Shown here: positions 29,389 through 37,690 of the stretch, piece by piece
How positions within the stretch are numbered: position 1 is the first letter of the stretch
Layout of the letters: each line of letters opens with the position of its first letter
Source of the DNA: an uncultured Clostridia bacterium
GTDB taxonomy: Bacteria; Bacillota; Clostridia; Oscillospirales; CAG-382
Assembly: GCA_947630765.1 (NCBI GenBank)
Contig: CANRIX010000001.1
Coordinates: 26,399 to 90,398 of the forward strand
Length of the DNA stretch: 64,000 nucleotides
Direction of reading: 5' to 3'
Translations under genes and position numbers: made by a program
The notes under the pieces: model-generated
The model's input: the letters and a program-made list of their open reading frames with translations, nothing else
Database searches by the model: none
Told to the model about the DNA's origin: nothing

Positions 29389-31416
29389 TTATTGCGCCTG
29401 TATGCACTTGTCGATGGTCTGTTCGAGCATTTCCCGTGCCAGATCCATGTCCAGCACCGGGACGTTTATTTTTTCCTGCTTTTCTTCGTCCCAAACCAGC
29501 CGCATCAGCCGCGCACCGGCGGACTGGAAATGACCGCCCCCGCCGAGCGACTCGACGACCGGCAAAACGTTATATGTCCCATCCGACCGCGCGGACAGTG
29601 AAACGCCGTCCCCACGCATGTACAGCACGAAGGACGCACAGATCCCCTCAATTCCGACGAACCGCTCCGCGCACTTCGACGCGAGCACGACGTTCCGCGC
29701 ATCCGGCTCCTCGCAGTAGGAAATGATGAACCGATCGCGGAAACGGTACCGCCTGCGCTCGAAGCCCTCCATCATTTCGTACTCCTCCGGCGTGGTCTTG
29801 AACTTCATCTTCGCCTTGGCCGGGTCGGCGCCCGCCGAACGCAGGTAGGAGCAGGCGTGGAAGGTGCGCGAGCCGGTGTCGCGGGTGAAGAACTGCGTAT
29901 CGAGCAGGATCCCGAGCAGCAGCAGCTGCGCTTCCTCCGTCCGCAGCAAACCGTCCGGAATGGCGAGCTCGAGGATCTCGCACACCAGCTCGGACGCGCT
30001 CGAAGCGTTCGGGTCGATGTTCATCGGCGTGAGCACGTTATCCCCGAGGTGGGACGCGAGCGTGTGGTGGTCGATCACGATGACCCGGGGGGCCGTCTGG
30101 TAAAGGTCCGCCGAGAAGAACTGGTTCGGATTGGACGCGTCGGTGATGACGAGGAGCGTGTCCGGGGTCATCAGGTCCATCGCACGGCGGGCGTCGACGA
30201 ACATCGTCTCGTATTCCGGGAACGGAGAGAGCATTTCAAACGCTCCGGCGATGATGCTTTCCTCCCGGTCGGTCACGATTTGCACCGGCTTGCCGAGGAA
30301 GGACACCAGCTTCGCCACGCCGATATTGGACGCGATGGAATCGTAGTCCGGGCGAAGGTGCCCCATCACCAGAACGTTGCTGCTGACGCGGATCTGCTCC
30401 ATGAGCAGGTCGCGGCAGACGCGGGAACGAATGCTGGTTTGCCGCTGGGCGGATTTGACCTTGCCGCCGAACGCGATATACCCGCTTCTCTCCTTATCCT
30501 TGACGACCGCGATCGCACCGCCCCGCTGCAAAGCCGTCCGCAGGGCGGTCTGTGCGCTCTCCTGCTTCTCGGCAAGCGTCCCGGTTTCGTCCGAAACGCC
30601 GATGGATATGGTCAGCGGAAGCATACTGCTCTCCGACGTCAAAGCAGAAATTTCGTCGATAATGGCAAATTTGCTGTCGATCATCTCCTGCAGCCGGTCG
30701 TGCCGGAACAGCAGCAGGAACTTGCCGTCCTCGTATTCGAGCAGCACCGCCTGCATCCGCTTCGCCCATTCGGTCAGCGTCAGGCTGATCTTCGCCGCCG
30801 CGAGGCGGAACGTCTCTGCGGCGCTCTGGGACAGCTCGGACGCGTTGTCGACCGCGATCAGCGCGAGCATCGGCGCGTCGTCGATCAGCATTCCGCTTAG
30901 CTTCGCTTCGTTCGTCACGTTTGTCCAGACGGTCGCGTAGTAGGTCTTGTTCTTCGTCGCGATCGCGAGAATGTGTACCCGGTAGGTCTCCCCGCCGGTT
31001 TCAAATTCAAAAACGTCCTTTCCTTCCTCGCAGGCGTCCTCCAATTGTGCAAAGCAGAAGCGGTCGTCAAACAGCTTCTCCGTCGTAGACAGGAGCATGT
31101 GCGACGAAACCTGCGGCAGGCTTTCAAACCGCCTGTTCGCCCAGACGATCTTGTTTCCGCTGCCGACGATGAGCACCGGGTCGTCGATGGATTTGAGCAC
31201 GTTCACCAGTACGGACGCCATATCCCCCGCCGCATAGCGGTGCAGCCGGGGCCGTTTTTCCGTCCGGCGAGCCAAGCAAAAGACGACGTACAGCAGCGTC
31301 AGTGCGCTGAAAAGCAGCCCGAGCGGAACGGAAAAGCGAAACAGCACGAGCGACGACGCGACCAGCAGCAGCATCGCCGCCAAAACGTCTATGAGCCGTT
31401 GCACACCGTTTTTCAT
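29389..31416 (-). CDS. gdpP: GdpP-like DHH/DHHA1 phosphoesterase (probable c-di-AMP phosphodiesterase)
   Basis: Start placed at MKNGVQR after RBS aggaaagg. Two N-terminal TM helices, DHH motif VIVIDHH and GGGH motif ESLGGGGHFQSAGA. gdpP-rplI-dnaB synteny. Confidence 0.8.
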   Translation of the reverse strand: MKNGVQRLIDVLAAMLLLVASSLVLFRFSVPLGLLFSALTLLYVVFCLARRTEKRPRLHRYAAGDMASVLVNVLKSIDDPVLIVGSGNKIVWANRRFESLPQVSSHMLLSTTEKLFDDRFCFAQLEDACEEGKDVFEFETGGETYRVHILAIATKNKTYYATVWTNVTNEAKLSGMLIDDAPMLALIAVDNASELSQSAAETFRLAAAKISLTLTEWAKRMQAVLLEYEDGKFLLLFRHDRLQEMIDSKFAIIDEISALTSESSMLPLTISIGVSDETGTLAEKQESAQTALRTALQRGGAIAVVKDKERSGYIAFGGKVKSAQRQTSIRSRVCRDLLMEQIRVSSNVLVMGHLRPDYDSIASNIGVAKLVSFLGKPVQIVTDREESIIAGAFEMLSPFPEYETMFVDARRAMDLMTPDTLLVITDASNPNQFFSADLYQTAPRVIVIDHHTLASHLGDNVLTPMNIDPNASSASELVCEILELAIPDGLLRTEEAQLLLLGILLDTQFFTRDTGSRTFHACSYLRSAGADPAKAKMKFKTTPEEYEMMEGFERRRYRFRDRFIISYCEEPDARNVVLASKCAERFVGIEGICASFVLYMRGDGVSLSARSDGTYNVLPVVESLGGGGHFQSAGARLMRLVWDEEKQEKINVPVLDMDLAREMLEQTIDKCIQAQ

Positions 31417-31456
31417 ACAAAAACCTTTCCTATCAAACAAGTTTGGACCGTAGGAC

Positions 31457-31486
31457 AGTATACCATGCGAAATGACGTTCTGTCAA
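31457..31486 (-). promoter_or_regulatory. sigma-A-type promoter upstream of gdpP
   Basis: Minus strand reads TTGACA (31486-31481), 18-nt spacer, TATACT (31462-31457). Confidence 0.5.
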
Positions 31487-31494
31487 GTCCGTTT

Positions 31495-33699
31495 TTACGT
31501 TCCGTCCCCGCGTTCGTACGGGGCGCCGGTCGACGGGAGGTTCGCCTTTCGGTACCGCGCGGGGCGTTCGAGCGAGAGCTGATTCGGGTCATAGGGCTCG
31601 GCGGAAACAACGTTTCTCCCCTTTTTCAGCGTGAACACTGCGGCGCCGGCCGAGGTACGGGTGGTCTTTTCGGTGATCTGTTCCTCCTTCACGAGCAGCG
31701 CACGCCCGTCGTCCGTGACGAGGAAATATTCCGGCGCACTCCCGGCGCAGAACACCCCGACGGCAGGGCTGCCGCCGTAAAGCGCTGCGGTCAGCTTACG
31801 CCGGTTGGTCTTGGTCTGATAGCTTTCCAGCGGAATGCGGACCGCCTTGCCGTTGGCGAAAAAGACGTTCAGACTGCCCTCGTAGGATTTGAGCGGAAGC
31901 GCGGCGACGACGCGCTCGTTCGGCTCGAACGAAAGAGCGGCGGGCAGATAGGTTCCGAGGGAGGACGCCTTGCAGTCCTCAAAATCGCTCATGCGGGACT
32001 TGTACACCTGCGCAAGCGACGTGAAGAACAGCACCTCGCACCCGTTCGTGACCTCCTGCTTATACAACAGCGAATCGTTCTCCTTGAACTTCTGCACGTC
32101 GCTCCCGCGCAGGGACGCAGGCGTGCATTTCTTGAAGTACCCTTCCCTGCTTAGGAACAGCACGCACGGATAATCCTCAACCGGCTCGGAAAGGTCGATC
32201 TCCTCCGTCCCGTCCGGCTCGTAGAGCATGGTTTTTCGGGGTGCGCCATATTTTTCGGCGATCTTCGTCAATTGCTTCGCGATGACCGTGCGAATGCGCC
32301 GGTCGCTGCTAATGAGCAGATTCAGCTCCTCGATGGCCTTTTCGAGGTCCTCGATTTCGTCGATGCGGTTGATGATATACTCCCGGTTCAGGTTGCGCAG
32401 CCGAATCTCCGCGACGTATTCCGCCTGCACTTGGTCGATGCCGAACCCGTTCATCAGATTCGGTATGACCTCCTTCTCGCTTTCGGTCTCGCGGATGATG
32501 CGAATGGCCTTGTCGATGTCGAGCAGGATCTCTTTGAGCCCGTAGAGCAGGTGGAGCTTGTCGCTCTTCTTGGACAGGTCGAAAATATAGGTCCGGCGCA
32601 GGCATTCCGTTCGGAACGCGAGCCATTCGTCGAGAATCTCGAGCACGCCGAGCGTCTGCGGCACACCGCCGACCAGCACGTTGAAGTTGCAGGAGAAATT
32701 TTCCTCGAGGATGTGCAGTTTGTTGAGCCGGGCGATCAGTTTTTCCGCGTCCGTGCCCCGTTTAAGGTCGATGGCGAGACGCAGACCGCCGATGTCGATC
32801 TCGTCGCGAATATCGCTGATCTCCTTGATTTTCCCGCTCTTGACCTGTTCGACGATGGCGCTCTTGATCTTTTCGACCGTCGTCGTGTACGGAATCTCCG
32901 TAATTTCAATCCGATTCGCCTTCGCGTCGTAGGTATAGCGCGAACGAACCGCGAACGAACCGCGACCGGTCCGATAGATCTCGCGCAGTTTGTCGCGTTG
33001 GTAAAGCAGGATCCCGCCGGTGGAAAAATCCGGGCCCTTGAGCACGTCGAGCAGGTCGTCGAGGGTCATATGCGGGTCCTTGATAAGCCGCACGGTCGCT
33101 TCGCACACCTCGCGCAAATTGAACGAGCAAATCGTGCTGGTCATGCCGACGGCGATACCGTTGTTCGGCGAAACGAGGATATTCGGAAAGCCGGTCGGGA
33201 GCAGTTCCGGTTCGGTCGTCGTGCCGTCATAGTTCGGCACCATATCGACCGCGTCACAGTCGATGCCGTCGAAGATTTCCTCGCTAATCTTGGCGAGCTT
33301 GCACTCCGTATAGCGGGACGCGGCGTAAGCCATATCCGAATACTGCTTGCCGAAACTGCCCTTGGACTCGATGAACGGGTGGAGCAGGGCTTCCTTGCCG
33401 GTCGTCAGGCGGACGAGCGTTTCGTAGATGGCGGCGTCGCCGTGGGGATTGAGCACCATGGTCTGCCCGACGACCTTCGCGCTCTTCGCCTTCGGTCCGT
33501 TCAGCAGACCCATGCGGTACATCGTATAGAGCAGTTTGCGGTGCGCGGGCTTGAAGCCGTCGATCGCCGGGATCGCACGGGACACGATCACGCTCATCGC
33601 GTAGGGCATATAGTTGCTTTCGAGCACCTCCGTGATGCGGACGTCCAAAGGCTCGGCCGCCTGCACGGGAACGGGGGTCGGTTGTTTCTTTTTCGCCAT
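31495..33699 (-). CDS. parC: type IIA topoisomerase subunit A (ParC-like / second GyrA-like)
   Basis: Block YMPYAMSVIVSRAIPAIDGFKPAHRKLLY and catalytic Tyr context AASRYTE. At 734 aa the C-terminal domain is shorter than in typical GyrA. Confidence 0.8.
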   Translation of the reverse strand: MAKKKQPTPVPVQAAEPLDVRITEVLESNYMPYAMSVIVSRAIPAIDGFKPAHRKLLYTMYRMGLLNGPKAKSAKVVGQTMVLNPHGDAAIYETLVRLTTGKEALLHPFIESKGSFGKQYSDMAYAASRYTECKLAKISEEIFDGIDCDAVDMVPNYDGTTTEPELLPTGFPNILVSPNNGIAVGMTSTICSFNLREVCEATVRLIKDPHMTLDDLLDVLKGPDFSTGGILLYQRDKLREIYRTGRGSFAVRSRYTYDAKANRIEITEIPYTTTVEKIKSAIVEQVKSGKIKEISDIRDEIDIGGLRLAIDLKRGTDAEKLIARLNKLHILEENFSCNFNVLVGGVPQTLGVLEILDEWLAFRTECLRRTYIFDLSKKSDKLHLLYGLKEILLDIDKAIRIIRETESEKEVIPNLMNGFGIDQVQAEYVAEIRLRNLNREYIINRIDEIEDLEKAIEELNLLISSDRRIRTVIAKQLTKIAEKYGAPRKTMLYEPDGTEEIDLSEPVEDYPCVLFLSREGYFKKCTPASLRGSDVQKFKENDSLLYKQEVTNGCEVLFFTSLAQVYKSRMSDFEDCKASSLGTYLPAALSFEPNERVVAALPLKSYEGSLNVFFANGKAVRIPLESYQTKTNRRKLTAALYGGSPAVGVFCAGSAPEYFLVTDDGRALLVKEEQITEKTTRTSAGAAVFTLKKGRNVVSAEPYDPNQLSLERPARYRKANLPSTGAPYERGDGT

Positions 33700-33718
33700 A
33701 CGTCACCTCACGCCGTCG

Positions 33719-35704
33719 TTAAAAATCGGCAAGTTCATAGTATTTCGCCCCGTAAGCGGCGATCATTTCCTTCCGCCCCGCCAAATTGTCGCCGAGCAGT
33801 ACGTCGAACATCTCGCCGGTCTTTCTCTCGTCCTCCGGCATGACCCGAATGAGCCGGCGGGTCGCCGGGTGCATAGTCGTGCGGGACATCATGTCCGGGT
33901 CGTTTTCGCCGAGCCCTTTCGAGCGCTGGATGCTGTATTTCTGCCCCTCCAGCTTGGAAAGGATCGACTGCTTTTCATTCTCGTCGTAGGCGAAATAGGT
34001 TTCGTCCTTGCAGGTGATTTCGTACAGCGGCGTTTCCGCGATATACACCCGCCCCTCGCGGATCAGCGTCGGGAGCAGGCTGTAGAAAAGCGTCATGATC
34101 AGCGTGCGGATCTGGTAGCCGTCGACGTCCGCGTCGGTGCAGATGATGATCTTGTTCCAGCGAAGCTGGTCGAGGTCGAAGGTGGAAAGGTCCTTGCCCT
34201 TGTGCCCCTTCAGCTCCATACCGCAGCCGATGACCTTGATCAGGTCGAGGATGATGTCGCTCTTCATCACCTTGTCCGCGGACGCCTTCAGGCAGTTGAG
34301 CGTCTTTCCGCGGACGGGAATGATCGCCTGGAACTCCGCGTTGCGGGCGAGCTTGCAGCTCGTCAGGGCGGAATCCCCCTCGACGATATACAGTTCGCAC
34401 ACCTCCGGGTCGCGCGAACGGCAGTTGACGAATTTTTCAACCGTATTCGCGATGCTGTCGACCGGCTGGGTGAGTTTCTTTTTGATATTCACCCGCATCT
34501 GGTCGGCGGATTCGCGTGAACGCTTGTTGACGAGGATCTGCTGGCAGACCTGGTCGGCGAGGGCGGGATTCTCCGCGAAGTACGCGTCGAGCGACTGCTT
34601 GAAGAATTCGGTCATCGCCTTGGTGATGAACGCGTTGTTGATCGCCTTTTTGGTCTGGTTTTCGTAGGACGTGCGGGTGGAAAAGGAATTGACGACCAGA
34701 ACGAGGGAGTTCTTGACGTCGTCGAACGTGATCTTCGACTCGTTTTTCGTGTACTTGCTCTTATCGGAGCAGTATTTGTCCACCGCGTAGACGAACGCCG
34801 AACGGGTCGCCTTGTCCGGGCAGCCGCCGTATTCGAGGAAGGAGGAATTGTGGTAGTATTCCAGCAGGTTGACCTCGTTCGAGAAGCAGAAGGCGAATTC
34901 GATCTTCAGCTTGTAATCCGGCATATCCTGCCGGTCGCGCCCAACCCGTTCGCAGCCGTACTTCTGCACCGGCGTCAGCCCTGCGTCCCCGACGATCTCC
35001 GCCATGTAGTCGGCAATGCCGTTCTCATAGCAGAACGTGTGCGTTTCATGCGCTCCCTCGCTGTTCTGCCAATCGAGGTTGAGCGTCAGCCCGGCGTTGA
35101 CGACCGCCTGCTTGCGCAGGGTTCGCAGGAAGTATTCCAGGGAGATCTCGGTGTCCGTGAACACCTCCCGGTCGCTCTTCCAGCGCACGACCGTGCCGGT
35201 CTTATTCTTCGGGCATTCGGTCTTTTCGAGCGTGCCGACCGGCTCGCCGCGCGAGAAGCGGATGGAATACTTCGTCCCCTTCTGATAGGACGTGACCTCC
35301 ATGAACTCCGACGCATACTGCGTCGCGCAAGCGCCCAGCCCGTTGAGTCCGAGCGAATATTCGTAAGCGCCGCCCTCGTCGTTTTCGTACTTTCCGCCCG
35401 CGTACAGCTCGCAGTAGACCAGTTCCCAGTTGTACCGCTGCTCCTTCTCGTTCCAGTCCAGCGGCACACCGCGCCCGAAGTCCTCGACCGTCATGACCCG
35501 GTCGGCGTCCACCGAGACGTTGATGACCTTTCCAAACCCTTCCTTGAATTCGTCCACCGCATTGGAAAGGATCTCAAAAAACGAATGCTCGCACCCCTCC
35601 AGCCCGTCCGAACCGAAGATGACCGCCGGACGCTTCCGCACCCGGTCCGCTCCGCGAAGCATGGAGATGCTCTGACTGCCGTATTCCTGATTCTTCTTCG
35701 CCAT
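33719..35704 (-). CDS. parE: type IIA topoisomerase subunit B (ParE-like / second GyrB-like)
   Basis: GHKL region followed by TOPRIM blocks LYIVEGDSA, PVRGKTLN and DADVDGYQIRTL. Confidence 0.85.
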   Translation of the reverse strand: MAKKNQEYGSQSISMLRGADRVRKRPAVIFGSDGLEGCEHSFFEILSNAVDEFKEGFGKVINVSVDADRVMTVEDFGRGVPLDWNEKEQRYNWELVYCELYAGGKYENDEGGAYEYSLGLNGLGACATQYASEFMEVTSYQKGTKYSIRFSRGEPVGTLEKTECPKNKTGTVVRWKSDREVFTDTEISLEYFLRTLRKQAVVNAGLTLNLDWQNSEGAHETHTFCYENGIADYMAEIVGDAGLTPVQKYGCERVGRDRQDMPDYKLKIEFAFCFSNEVNLLEYYHNSSFLEYGGCPDKATRSAFVYAVDKYCSDKSKYTKNESKITFDDVKNSLVLVVNSFSTRTSYENQTKKAINNAFITKAMTEFFKQSLDAYFAENPALADQVCQQILVNKRSRESADQMRVNIKKKLTQPVDSIANTVEKFVNCRSRDPEVCELYIVEGDSALTSCKLARNAEFQAIIPVRGKTLNCLKASADKVMKSDIILDLIKVIGCGMELKGHKGKDLSTFDLDQLRWNKIIICTDADVDGYQIRTLIMTLFYSLLPTLIREGRVYIAETPLYEITCKDETYFAYDENEKQSILSKLEGQKYSIQRSKGLGENDPDMMSRTTMHPATRRLIRVMPEDERKTGEMFDVLLGDNLAGRKEMIAAYGAKYYELADF

Positions 35705-35728
35705 ATCCTCTTTCCTTTTCCCGTTTCC

Positions 35729-36733
35729 TTACCTGCGGGGGTCGTAGAAACCGACCTTGCGGTACACCTTCGCGAGCGTCTTATTGGCGGCGTAGGAAGC
35801 GCGTTCCGCCCCCTCGATAAGGACCTGATTGAGGAACGCCTTGTCCGCCATATACCGCTCGTATTCCTTCTGGATCCCGCTAAGCAGGTCCGCGACCGCT
35901 TCCCCGACCGCCAGCTTGAATTCGCCGTACCCCTTTCCGGCGAACTCCCGCTCGATTTCCCCGTCGGTCTTTCCCGTCACGGCGGAATAGATGTTCATCA
36001 GATTGTTGATCCCGTGCTTGCCCTCCGCACGGCGAACCTCGCCGTCGGAATCCGTCACCGCCTTGCGGATCTTCCGCAGGACGACGTCCTTCGGGTCCAG
36101 CACAAAAATCGTCCCGTCCCCGCTTTCGGACTTGCTCATCTTTTTGGTCGGATCGGAGAGGGAGCGGATGCTCGCACTGTTCTGCGTCGTGAGCGCTTCG
36201 GGGATGCGGAAGGTCTCGCTGTAGACCCCATTGAAGCGGTTGGCGATGTCGCGGGCAAGCTCGACGTGCTGCGTCTGGTCCTTGCCGACCGGGACGCAGT
36301 CCGCCTGGTACAGCAGGATGTCCGCCGCCATCAGCACCGGGTAGGTATACAGTCCGCCGTTGATATTATCCGCGTGCCGGGCGGATTTATCCTTGAACTG
36401 CGTCATGCGGTTCAGCTCACCCATCATCGTGTAGCAGTCGAGCACCCACGCGAGCTGGGAATGCGCCGGGACCATGCTCTGTAAAAACAGGGTGATCTTT
36501 TCCGGGTCCAGCCCTGCGGCGAGGTAGATAGCGGCGGTCTTGAGACAGTTTTGCCGCAGCTCCGCCGGGACCTGCCGTACCGTGATCGTATGCAGGTCCG
36601 CAAGCATATAGTAGCACAGGAAATCGTCCTGCATCTTCGTCCAGTTGCGCAGAGCGCCGAGGTAATTCCCGATGGTGAGCGTGCCGGACGGTTGGATGCC
36701 GGACAGGACGATTTTCTTTCTTGCTTCTTCCAT
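35729..36733 (-). CDS. trpS: tryptophan--tRNA ligase
   Basis: Start placed at MEEARKKIVLSGIQPSGTLTIGNYLGA (HIGH-class motif). KMSKS motif present. Confidence 0.92.
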   Translation of the reverse strand: MEEARKKIVLSGIQPSGTLTIGNYLGALRNWTKMQDDFLCYYMLADLHTITVRQVPAELRQNCLKTAAIYLAAGLDPEKITLFLQSMVPAHSQLAWVLDCYTMMGELNRMTQFKDKSARHADNINGGLYTYPVLMAADILLYQADCVPVGKDQTQHVELARDIANRFNGVYSETFRIPEALTTQNSASIRSLSDPTKKMSKSESGDGTIFVLDPKDVVLRKIRKAVTDSDGEVRRAEGKHGINNLMNIYSAVTGKTDGEIEREFAGKGYGEFKLAVGEAVADLLSGIQKEYERYMADKAFLNQVLIEGAERASYAANKTLAKVYRKVGFYDPRR

Positions 36734-36795
36734 AACGTTTGACCGTTCCTTCTTCCCGCTTTCTGCGGGAGGTTTTTGCAAAAACATACAAGTAT

Positions 36796-36824
36796 AGTAT
36801 AGCATAGAAACGGGCAAATTTCAA
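36796..36824 (-). promoter_or_regulatory. sigma-A-type promoter of trpS
   Basis: Minus strand reads TTGAAA, 17-nt spacer, TATACT, about 60 nt upstream of the trpS ATG. Confidence 0.55.
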
Positions 36825-37010
36825 TAAATTTCCTGCAAAAAAGTTCCAGGATTTCAAAAAAAATCCCCCTTTCGGGGCGAAAAAGACAGTTTTGCATATT
36901 TATTCGTTCGGCTTTTTTGCCTTTTCCTGTGTGGAAGTCTGCACCGCAAAATCGGATTTGGAAAGTATCACACCGGGATATTTTCCGAATGGCGGAAACT
37001 TTCCGCCGTC

Positions 37011-37050
37011 GAAAAAAAGGAAAACGGGCGGCTCGAAAGCCGTCCGTTTT
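37011..37050 (-). terminator. rho-independent terminator after the 37058-37579 ORF
   Basis: Minus strand shows stem ACGGACGGC / GCCGCCCGT around loop tttcga, followed by ttttccttttttt. Confidence 0.6.
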
Positions 37051-37057
37051 CGCTCGT

Positions 37058-37579
37058 TTACCCCTCGAAATCGAATCCGATGACGCGCCAGGTTTTCCGC
37101 CCCGCGTCCGTTTCGGAAGTAGTGCATGTAAATCGTATATGGAAGTAGAACACCTGCTGGTCGCCCCATTCGTCCGTCCGCGTGAAATCATATTCCGCGT
37201 AAGCGCTCGGCGAACCGTCCGAACCGAAGCCGCATAACGTCAACCCCTGCTCGTCCAGCGAGCTGATCCGCTCGCTGAACGCCCCCATGAGCGCGTCCTC
37301 GTCGGCGACAGTCAGCGCGGTCTTACGATCGCCTTTCAGGTAAGCGTTAAAGAAGCGAAACGCGGTGTTTTGCAGGCTCACATACCGTTCCGTCCCGCAA
37401 AAGGTTTCCAGTGTCAGCGGCATCCCATACGAGCCGCCCGCAAACGTGAGGTCTGTCGCGCTTTCCGCCGGAACGGGCGTCAGTTCGCACGAGAGGACCT
37501 TCCAATCCGCGTTCCAGTCCGCGTCTCCGGGGTTCGTGCAGCGACGCGGATACGCCTTGGTTCGCGTTTTGCAGGGCAT
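37058..37579 (-). CDS. uncharacterised 173-aa ORF, possibly the displaced C-terminus of the upstream M56 gene
   Basis: No signal peptide or convincing RBS. Same reading frame as the 811-aa gene. Its block SLQNTAFRFFNAYLKGDRKTALTVADE resembles the last 30 aa of the 811-aa protein (RLQQTVYRFLSDCIRTDQKGALAFARN). See the findings. Confidence 0.4.
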   Translation of the reverse strand: MPCKTRTKAYPRRCTNPGDADWNADWKVLSCELTPVPAESATDLTFAGGSYGMPLTLETFCGTERYVSLQNTAFRFFNAYLKGDRKTALTVADEDALMGAFSERISSLDEQGLTLCGFGSDGSPSAYAEYDFTRTDEWGDQQVFYFHIRFTCTTSETDAGRKTWRVIGFDFEG

Positions 37580-37690
37580 ACCGCACGGTCAGGTCCGCTT
37601 TTTGGGTGTCCGTCCCGTCGAGCGTATACGGTTCAAATCGGATCGACGTATACGCTACGCGGTCAAACGGTCCGACGACGACAACGGAAA

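Noticed and set aside
36861-36890. Hairpin ccccc-tttc-gggg flanked by A and T runs (terminator-like)
   Set aside because: The stem is only 4 G-C pairs. The convincing terminator for the upstream gene is at 37011-37050. I kept it only as a note.
36734-37010. Possible tRNA-Trp T-box leader upstream of trpS
   Set aside because: I looked on the minus strand for the conserved T-box sequence (AANNNGGGTGGTACCGCG-like) and a specifier/terminator arrangement. None is present. A plain promoter sits only about 60 nt from the start codon.
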